DNA of 64,000 nucleotides from an uncultured Ruminococcus sp. (lineage in GTDB: Bacteria > Bacillota > Clostridia > Oscillospirales > Ruminococcaceae): contig CAMWQJ010000003.1 in the NCBI GenBank assembly GCA_947176415.1, forward strand, positions 4,131-68,130, read 5' to 3'. The notes beneath the pieces were generated by a model. The model searched no databases. It was not told the origin of the DNA and worked only from the letters and a program-made list of their open reading frames with translations. Positions within the stretch are counted from its first letter, which is position 1. Every line of letters begins with the position of its first letter. Below, piece after piece: positions 55,498-64,000 of the stretch. The translations under genes and the position numbers were made by a program.

Positions 55498-56919
55498 TTG
55501 CAGAAAAAAGATTCCTATAATAATTTTTTCCGTTTAGCAATGATAACGATAACGTCGGCAATTATACTTATCGGAGTAATTATAATAAATTTCAGCTCCG
55601 ATATATACAAAAACAAACAGCTTGAAAATCTGCGTACAGTCGGAAATCTTTTCATAAACTGTATAAGCGAAAATTACAGCAATACAGGCAATATAAAAAA
55701 CGCATTCCCGTCTGAAATATACAGGGAACTTTCAGGAGAAAACAAAATAATAATATATATCTACGACGAAGAGGGGAAATATATATTATCCGACAACAGT
55801 AACACGTATATGCCGGAAAATATCAGAAACATTATTGACAAAAAACCTTATCTTGACGTTGACAGCAATACTAATATATCCAAAGAAGCTCCCTTGTTGC
55901 TTTACGGCACTTCATTCAATGTAAAATACAAAGATACTCCGCAACAGAAAATTTATATCCTTGTATACAAAAGCACTTCCGACATAAGCACATTTACTAT
56001 GGATATTTTTCTTTGCTATTCGTTTTTTGCAGTGGTTGCCATTCTTGTTTCTTTCCTGATTCTGCGGAAAAAGTCGAAAAATTATACAGCTTGCACAGAA
56101 GATATGCTCAGGATTATAAAGCAGTATTCAAAAGGGGATTTCTCCGAAAAACTGAAAACAGATACCGCAGGGCATTTTGAAGAGACTGCAAAATATATCA
56201 ACACTCTTGCCATGAACGTTGAGAAAAGCGAGGAGACGAGCAAGACTTTTATTGCCAATGTTTCTCACGAACTCCGCACGCCGATTACAACAATAGGCGG
56301 TTTTGTGGACGGCATTCTTGACGGCACTATCCCGAAAAACCGTCGGAACGAATATCTCATACTTGTCTCAAACGAAATACAGAGACTGCGTATACTTATA
56401 AGTTCAATGCTTAACATGAGCCGTTACGAGTCGGGTACGCTGACACCGCATTTCAGAGAAACAAATCTTACCGACCTCGTTATAAAGACTGTTTTCATGT
56501 TTGAAAAGCGTATTGAAGACAAAAATATTGAAATTGAAGAACTTGACAGCGAGCGTCTTGTGGCGGTTATAGACCCCGACCTTATACAGCAGGTTATATA
56601 TAATATAATAGAAAATGCCGTGAAGTTCGTGAACGAGGGCGGAAAAATTTCGTTTAAATTTGAAAAAGAGGACAATATGTGCATAATCGGCATAAAGAAT
56701 ACAGGCGACGGACTCAGGGACGAAGAGATTCCGCAGGTTTTTGACAGGTTTTATAAAACAGATTCCTCACGTGGAAAGGACATAACAGGTCTCGGACTGG
56801 GTCTTTCCATTTCACGCCGTCTTATCCATATAAATAACGGTCATATAGTCGTGCGGAGCGTTTACGGCGAGTACACGGAATTTCAGATACAAGTACCTGA
56901 AAAACAGAACACGGAATAA
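55498..56919 (+). CDS. HAMP-domain sensor histidine kinase
   Basis: Two TMs, ANVSHELRTP H-box, NIIENAVKF, NTGDG, FDRFYK, GLGLGLSI; TTG 55498 with GAGGTG SD. Confidence 0.94.
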   Translation: MQKKDSYNNFFRLAMITITSAIILIGVIIINFSSDIYKNKQLENLRTVGNLFINCISENYSNTGNIKNAFPSEIYRELSGENKIIIYIYDEEGKYILSDNSNTYMPENIRNIIDKKPYLDVDSNTNISKEAPLLLYGTSFNVKYKDTPQQKIYILVYKSTSDISTFTMDIFLCYSFFAVVAILVSFLILRKKSKNYTACTEDMLRIIKQYSKGDFSEKLKTDTAGHFEETAKYINTLAMNVEKSEETSKTFIANVSHELRTPITTIGGFVDGILDGTIPKNRRNEYLILVSNEIQRLRILISSMLNMSRYESGTLTPHFRETNLTDLVIKTVFMFEKRIEDKNIEIEELDSERLVAVIDPDLIQQVIYNIIENAVKFVNEGGKISFKFEKEDNMCIIGIKNTGDGLRDEEIPQVFDRFYKTDSSRGKDITGLGLGLSISRRLIHINNGHIVVRSVYGEYTEFQIQVPEKQNTE

Positions 56920-56935
56920 TCGGAAAGGAGAAAAA

Positions 56936-58315
56936 ATGGACGACATAGAGAATTACAACCCGACGGGCGATTTAAAGGAAAATTCCTCCTATACCCCGAA
57001 GCACGAAAAGACGGAAGAAGACTATCGGCACGAGGAAGAGGAAAACAAGGCACAGTACAATAATTTTTACTATAATTCGGCAGGATTTGAAAACTATCAG
57101 AATAATTTTTTTGAAGAACCCGAAAATATAAGAACAAGAAAAAGTACAGGGGGCGAAAAATTTATAATTTTTCTTTTCGTGCTTATTGTACTCCTATGTG
57201 CAGGATTTGCGGTATACGGCATAGCAAACGACATCTACAGGAGCAATAACTTTCTGTCGCAGTTCAAGTCCACGCAACAGGTTATATTTTACAGGGAATC
57301 AAAGCCGGAGGGGGCAAACGATCCTGAAAATTTCATTGACGAAAACGGCAGGTTCACAATCGAAGGTGCTTCTGCATACGTCAAAGACTCAATAGTTGAA
57401 ATTTACACCTACAGCGACTCAGCAAAAACAGTCCTCGCAGGAACGGGGTCGGGCGTGGTTGTTTCAGACGACGGATATATTGTGACAAATGCCCATGTAC
57501 TCAATTCGGAAGGTTATCACATCGTAAAGACAACCGACGAAAAGACATTTGATGCAGAAGTAATCGGACGAGACGTAAAGACCGATATTGCGGTTATAAA
57601 AGTCAACAGCAGAAAATTAAAGCCCGCTGTTCTCGGAAACTCCGATGAGGCGGTAGTCGGCGAAAGGGTTATAGCGGTCGGAAATCCCGCAGGTCTTTCA
57701 AATACGGTTACAGACGGAATTATTTCCGCTGTAAACCGAAAAATCCGCAGTGACTCGACAGGCTTTGAAATGGACTGCATTCAGACAAACGCCGACATAA
57801 GCCCTGGAAACTCAGGCGGTGCATTGGTTAATATGTACGGTCAGGTAATCGGAATAACTTCCTCCAAATATGTCAGTTCGAGCTTTGAGGGTCTCGGATT
57901 TGCGATAACAATAAATGAAGCCTTGCCCATAATTGAAGAACTTATGAATAACGGCTATATTTCCGGACGTTTCAGAATAGGCATTCAGCTTATTGATATG
58001 GCAAGCGAAGATAAAGTACTTCTCATTGAAGGCGAACTCGGTTTTAAACTTCCTGACGATTTCACAGGGGTATATATTGAATCGATAAGCGAGGACTGCG
58101 ACATCGCAAACACCGACCTAAAACAAGGTGATTTTATAACCGAAATAAACGGCGTTCACGTGCAGACGTATGACGAACTTTACGACACGATAAGCAGAGA
58201 TTTTAAGGCTGGCGATAAAGTTCCTGCCAAATGTGCGAGCGTTGACAAAAACGGAAAAGTAAAATATTATGACATAGAATTTAAACTTATGGAAGATACT
58301 TCGGGCAATTACTGA
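56936..58315 (+). CDS. htrA: HtrA/DegP-type serine protease with PDZ domain
   Basis: GSGVV, TNAHV, DIAVIK, ISPGNSGGALVN catalytic triad; TM anchor; PDZ. Confidence 0.93.
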   Translation: MDDIENYNPTGDLKENSSYTPKHEKTEEDYRHEEEENKAQYNNFYYNSAGFENYQNNFFEEPENIRTRKSTGGEKFIIFLFVLIVLLCAGFAVYGIANDIYRSNNFLSQFKSTQQVIFYRESKPEGANDPENFIDENGRFTIEGASAYVKDSIVEIYTYSDSAKTVLAGTGSGVVVSDDGYIVTNAHVLNSEGYHIVKTTDEKTFDAEVIGRDVKTDIAVIKVNSRKLKPAVLGNSDEAVVGERVIAVGNPAGLSNTVTDGIISAVNRKIRSDSTGFEMDCIQTNADISPGNSGGALVNMYGQVIGITSSKYVSSSFEGLGFAITINEALPIIEELMNNGYISGRFRIGIQLIDMASEDKVLLIEGELGFKLPDDFTGVYIESISEDCDIANTDLKQGDFITEINGVHVQTYDELYDTISRDFKAGDKVPAKCASVDKNGKVKYYDIEFKLMEDTSGNY

Positions 58316-58338
58316 TTAATAAAAGGAGGTTGCTGAAT

Positions 58339-58650
58339 ATGAAAAAATTACAGATGTTAATTCTTATAATTACTGTTTTGCTTGGTATAACCGCTTTCTG
58401 CATTTTACCTGATAACATGGCTGTACAGTGGAATGCTGACGGTGCAAGCAACTATCTGCCAAAAATAGCAACCATTCCTGTTTCTGTTGTCGTAAGCATT
58501 TTTGGTATAATATCATGGAAATATTCTGCTGTACGTTAAAGACAGTATATTGAAACGTCAAAAATCATTAAGACGTTTCATACATCTGCATTTGGCATAA
58601 TTTCATGCATGGGAATAATACTGAATGCCATATTTATAATAATGAACTGA
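58339..58650 (+). pseudogene. DUF1648-like small membrane protein with in-frame TAA at 58537-58539
   Basis: LPDNMAVQWN..G..NYLPK motif; frame continues past TAA for 36 codons ending in TM-like FGIISCMGIILNAIFIIMN*. Confidence 0.6.
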
Positions 58651-58656
58651 AAACCG

Positions 58657-59055
58657 TCATTCCATGAAGTTTTTAGGACGCTTCGAATTAACTCCCGTAA
58701 CTCCCCCTGCTCCGCCAGACAGCACAAGCAGGAGGAGTTTTTTTACGCCCGTAAACTCCCCTAAAAAAATCACTCCGCATATGGCTGTGACAGTATACAG
58801 CACCACTCCACAGATTATCCCCTCGGCAAGTCCGTGCTTACGGCGGAATTTTCCGCAAAGGTACGTACCGCAGAAAGTGCCTGCACAAAGGGCAATAACC
58901 GAAAAAATAACCGAAACTTTCATGTCGCCGAGAACATAATACATCACGGCAGACAGCAAAACGGCAAGAAGAAATATAAATGCCGTTCCCGTCAGGACGG
59001 AAAGTGTTATACTCAAAAGACTGTTTGTCCATACGCTTTTTCGGTTACGTCGCAT
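58657..59055 (-). CDS. TIGR04086-like membrane protein
   Basis: Four TMs, GKFRRKHGLAEG, GGAGGVTGVN; ATG 59055 with GGAGG SD. Confidence 0.7.
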   Translation of the reverse strand: MRRNRKSVWTNSLLSITLSVLTGTAFIFLLAVLLSAVMYYVLGDMKVSVIFSVIALCAGTFCGTYLCGKFRRKHGLAEGIICGVVLYTVTAICGVIFLGEFTGVKKLLLLVLSGGAGGVTGVNSKRPKNFME

Positions 59056-59111
59056 AAAAAAACCTCCGCAAAAAGAATTATTCACACAATTCTATGCGGA
59101 GATATATAATG

Positions 59112-59672
59112 TTATTCCTCTTCGTCTTCAGACTTTTTTGTTTTCTTTAATTTTTTTGCTGTTTTAGGTTTTTCGTCGTCGTCTTCAACAATGCCAGCCG
59201 ATGCAAGACCGTTTTCTGCTTTTTTTGCGGGTGCAGAAGTCTTGTTTTTAGCGTCTTTCATACGCTCCTGTGCCGTAACGTTTTCAGTTATAGCCCATGT
59301 CTTTATTCTGAGTTTGTGCCTTGCTCCGCCCGTCTCAATAACAACGGTGTCCTCGCCTGTTGATACCACTATTCCAACGATTCCTCCGCCCGTTACAATC
59401 TCGTCGCCGACCTGCAAAGTCTCCTGCATGGTTTTGAGTTCGTTTTCACGCTTTTTCTGCGGCCTTATTGCAACAAAATAAAGCAGTACAAACATTATTA
59501 CAAGCGGAAATACAAGTGTCCAGAAAACCGAGCCGGTCTCGACCTGCTGTCCTGTTGCAGCCGTCGTAACAGCACCATCACCATCTTCCGCAAACGCTGA
59601 TATGGCGGTAAGAGTTCCCGAATACACCACGGCAGACACCGCAGTAAAAAATCCCGTGAGTTTCTTTTTCAT
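59112..59672 (-). CDS. yajC: Preprotein translocase subunit YajC with N- and C-terminal extensions
   Basis: YFVAIRPQKKR, LQVGDEIVTGGGIVG, GEDTVVIE; start is 59672 or 59678. Confidence 0.88.
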   Translation of the reverse strand: MKKKLTGFFTAVSAVVYSGTLTAISAFAEDGDGAVTTAATGQQVETGSVFWTLVFPLVIMFVLLYFVAIRPQKKRENELKTMQETLQVGDEIVTGGGIVGIVVSTGEDTVVIETGGARHKLRIKTWAITENVTAQERMKDAKNKTSAPAKKAENGLASAGIVEDDDEKPKTAKKLKKTKKSEDEEE

Positions 59673-59884
59673 ATACATTCTCCTATTCTGCCGTATTATT
59701 ACGGCGTTCCATAAATATAAATGTTATTATACCATATTTTTACTTTGATTTCAAGTGCTTTTGCTTATTTTTCACATAAAGGATTTTTACTGCAAATCAT
59801 TATTGCTAACTGCTGTATTTTTTAAACATTTTTATAATTTAACTGTATATATCGCCGTTTTTTATGAAAATTCAGCGAATACAC

Positions 59885-59912
59885 TTGATTTATTGAAAAA
59901 AGGTGGTAAAAT
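59885..59912 (+). promoter_or_regulatory. Putative sigma-A promoter of groESL
   Basis: TTGATT-16 nt-TAAAAT with extended TG. Confidence 0.5.
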
Positions 59913-59916
59913 ATAA

Positions 59917-60248
<332 letters not shown>

Positions 60249-60276
60249 TTTCCGTTTATTTCTGAAAGGAGAATGA

Positions 60277-61905
<1,629 letters not shown>

Positions 61906-61923
61906 TTCCAAATATAAAACATT

Positions 61924-61952
61924 AAACGTCCTGAGAAATCAGGGCGTTTTTT
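61924..61952 (+). terminator. groESL terminator
   Basis: aaacgtcctga / tcagggcgtttttt. Confidence 0.85.
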
Positions 61953-61953
61953 A

Positions 61954-61982
61954 TTGACTTTTTCAAAATTTATTGATATAAT
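61954..61982 (+). promoter_or_regulatory. Putative sigma-A promoter
   Basis: TTGACT-17 nt-TATAAT. Confidence 0.7.
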
Positions 61983-62007
61983 TATAGTAATAAAAGGAGG
62001 TATCAGC

Positions 62008-62517
62008 ATGAAAAAATTTGAATTAACTCAAACATCAGATTTCATATGTTCAACAGTAATGGTAATTTCTGTTTTCTGGGTATTCCTAATGCTTGGAGTA
62101 TTTATTCAATTTCCGAATATTGCCACTATCGTGTTGATGTTAATTGTACCGATATTTCTTATAGCAGTCATCATCTATTGTATGGGCAAAAAAACTATAG
62201 TTGAATATAATGTGGAAAAAATTCAATGGAAATGGTTGCGGTTTACACGTACAGTCAGATTCAATGAAATGCAGTATGTATATTATACCATAATTGACAA
62301 ATCATCACGTTACGGGCATATTCGCCGTCTTGAAATAGTTTTCACTATGAATAATGGGGAAAAATTAAAACTTACTGATAATCTTACAACAGAAGATATT
62401 GAAAATGCTGTAAACGGCTCTTCAAAAAATATACAGCTTATGCAGTTATACAGATTCATTGAAAATATTTATTCTGAAAAATGTTCAGGATTTGTAAAGG
62501 CTAACGATATATATTAA
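62008..62517 (+). CDS. Two-TM hypothetical protein with soluble (PH-like) C-terminal domain
   Basis: AAGGAGGT SD before ATG 62008; two hydrophobic segments; AT-rich. Confidence 0.65.
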   Translation: MKKFELTQTSDFICSTVMVISVFWVFLMLGVFIQFPNIATIVLMLIVPIFLIAVIIYCMGKKTIVEYNVEKIQWKWLRFTRTVRFNEMQYVYYTIIDKSSRYGHIRRLEIVFTMNNGEKLKLTDNLTTEDIENAVNGSSKNIQLMQLYRFIENIYSEKCSGFVKANDIY

Positions 62518-62530
62518 TGGAAGTGTTGAC

Positions 62531-62998
62531 ATGAAAAAAATTATAATTATTTTTTCAGTTATTTCAGCTTTGATATTACCGCTGTATGCAATATCTGAAC
62601 ATAGTATTAAAGGTAAAATAAGTTCAATTAATTCATCTGCAATGATTCATTACAAGTCTTTTACTAATGGCTTGATAGAACTTGACAAATATCCTGATAT
62701 TAATGTGGACGGAGAAAATTATATTTCAGGAGAATGCCGAGACTTTTTTAATTATAGTGCTTATAAAGGAGACAGTGTAAAATCTGATATTTTAATATAT
62801 GGAGAAGAAAAAGAAAAAGCAAACGGATACTGGGCAGTAAAAATTATTGACGGAGAAGTCAAGGAAACATGGGCATCAAATTATCCGTTAAAAAAAGAAC
62901 AGCTTACTGAAAAACAAACCAGTTTAAACCCATTGGAAACAATTTTAACTTCACTGAAAATTTATAAACCACAATTTGTCGGATATTATAAAGAATAA
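62531..62998 (+). CDS. Secreted or membrane-anchored hypothetical protein
   Basis: MKKIIIIFSVISALILP signal-like N-terminus; AT-rich. Confidence 0.65.
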   Translation: MKKIIIIFSVISALILPLYAISEHSIKGKISSINSSAMIHYKSFTNGLIELDKYPDINVDGENYISGECRDFFNYSAYKGDSVKSDILIYGEEKEKANGYWAVKIIDGEVKETWASNYPLKKEQLTEKQTSLNPLETILTSLKIYKPQFVGYYKE

Positions 62999-63054
62999 AT
63001 TTTAAGGTGCATACTTTACAGCCTGCATCTTTTTTGTATTAACTGAAAAAACGC

Positions 63055-63093
63055 AAAAAACCGTTCTCCCGAAAGAGAACGGCTTGTTTTTTT
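63055..63093 (-). terminator. Terminator of the rpoA-rplQ operon
   Basis: ccgttctc / gagaacgg stem with flanking A and T runs. Confidence 0.8.
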
Positions 63094-63117
63094 ATATGTT
63101 ATATATAAATCCTCTGA

Positions 63118-63459
63118 TTAAACGAGCTTGATAATAGCCATTTCAGCAGAGTCGCCACGGCGAGGACCGATTTTTACAATCTGTGTGTAACCGCCGTTTC
63201 TGTCGGCATACTTCGGTGAAATCTCATCGAAAAGCTTCTTTGCGACAGATTCCTTTGTTACATATGCAAATACCTGACGCTTGGAGTGCAGGTCATTATT
63301 CTTACCGATAGTAATCATCTTTTCTGCCACAGCACGTACTTCCTTTGCTCTTGTAACGGTTGTTTCAATCTGACCGTTTTCGAGAAGGAAAGTAACCATG
63401 CCTCTGAGCATTGCTTTTCTATGGTCAGTTGTTCTGCCCAGCTTTCTTGTACCCGGCAT
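63118..63459 (-). CDS. rplQ: 50S ribosomal protein L17
   Basis: [40 protein letters not shown]; ATG 63459. Confidence 0.98.
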   Translation of the reverse strand: MPGTRKLGRTTDHRKAMLRGMVTFLLENGQIETTVTRAKEVRAVAEKMITIGKNNDLHSKRQVFAYVTKESVAKKLFDEISPKYADRNGGYTQIVKIGPRRGDSAEMAIIKLV

Positions 63460-63504
63460 GTAATTCACTCCTTTTCATACAGTGCAAAACGCACTTTTTA
63501 TGGT

Positions 63505-64000
63505 TTATTCCTCTTCGGAGGAAAGGTCAAAGCCAAGTGACTGTAGCTTTTCCTTAACCTCATCAAAGGATTTTTTTCCAAGGTTTCTAACCTTCATCAT
63601 TTCTTCCTCAGACTTGTTTATCAAGTCATCAACGGTATTTATTCCGGCACGTTTCAGACAATTGAAAGAACGCACCGATAAGTCAAGGTCCTCAATGGTC
63701 ATCTCAAGGATTTTTTCCTTGCCCTTTTCATCCTTTGTAACAAGGGTTTCGGGAATAACGCCCTCTTCCGAGAGGTCGACGAACAGTTTCAGATGCTCGT
63801 TGAGGAGATTGGCTGCCTGCGACAATGCTTCCTTTGCGGAGATAGTACCGTCTGTCCATACTTCCATAGTCAGCTTGTCATAGTCGGTAACCTGACCGAG
63901 ACGTGTATCCTCCACGGTATAGTTTACCTTGAGAACAGGAGTATAAATGCTGTCAATGGCTATCACGTCGACGGGCATATTACTGAGTTGCTTTTTATTG
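63505..64000 (-). CDS. rpoA: RNA polymerase alpha subunit, C-terminal part (5' end beyond the right edge)
   Basis: [46 protein letters not shown]. Confidence 0.98.
   Translation of the reverse strand, partial: NKKQLSNMPVDVIAIDSIYTPVLKVNYTVEDTRLGQVTDYDKLTMEVWTDGTISAKEALSQAANLLNEHLKLFVDLSEEGVIPETLVTKDEKGKEKILEMTIEDLDLSVRSFNCLKRAGINTVDDLINKSEEEMMKVRNLGKKSFDEVKEKLQSLGFDLSSEEE

Overview
This 64 kb window looks like chromosomal DNA from a cellulosome-producing Ruminococcus-like Clostridia (Oscillospiraceae). The evidence is two dockerin-bearing proteins, Firmicutes SOS boxes, a CIRCE element and Firmicutes gene order. From left to right it holds: a type IV pilus locus (pilB truncated at the edge, pilD, two minor pilins, a large PilX-like pilin, pilO, a pilM(N) fusion, pilC); rnz; two CAP-dockerin paralogs; an XRE-cupin-acyl-CoA synthetase fusion; asnB, a methyltransferase and nadCB; a uvrC-yaaO-holB-ricT-queH-ybaK run behind two LexA boxes; rsmD-coaD; three orphan phage-tail-like genes behind a promoter/terminator leader; a purine operon (purE-C-F-M-N, stand-alone IMP cyclohydrolase, purH, purD) interrupted by about ten non-purine genes; hsp20, a CPBP protease, an OmpR/HK/HtrA module, yajC, groESL, rplQ and the 3' end of rpoA. 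I saw no rRNA, tRNA, CRISPR array, transposase or integrase. The most unusual structure is in the pur operon at 46.2-48.6 kb. Paralogous Zn-ribbon membrane genes sit there in tandem units, each joined at a shared TT(C/T)CGCY(G/T)GAC core. Two units are preceded by 33-codon remnants of the 5' end of the neighbouring HAD gene, which is the pattern expected if gene cassettes were inserted repeatedly at one site. All family assignments are from motif recognition by eye; no database searches were run.
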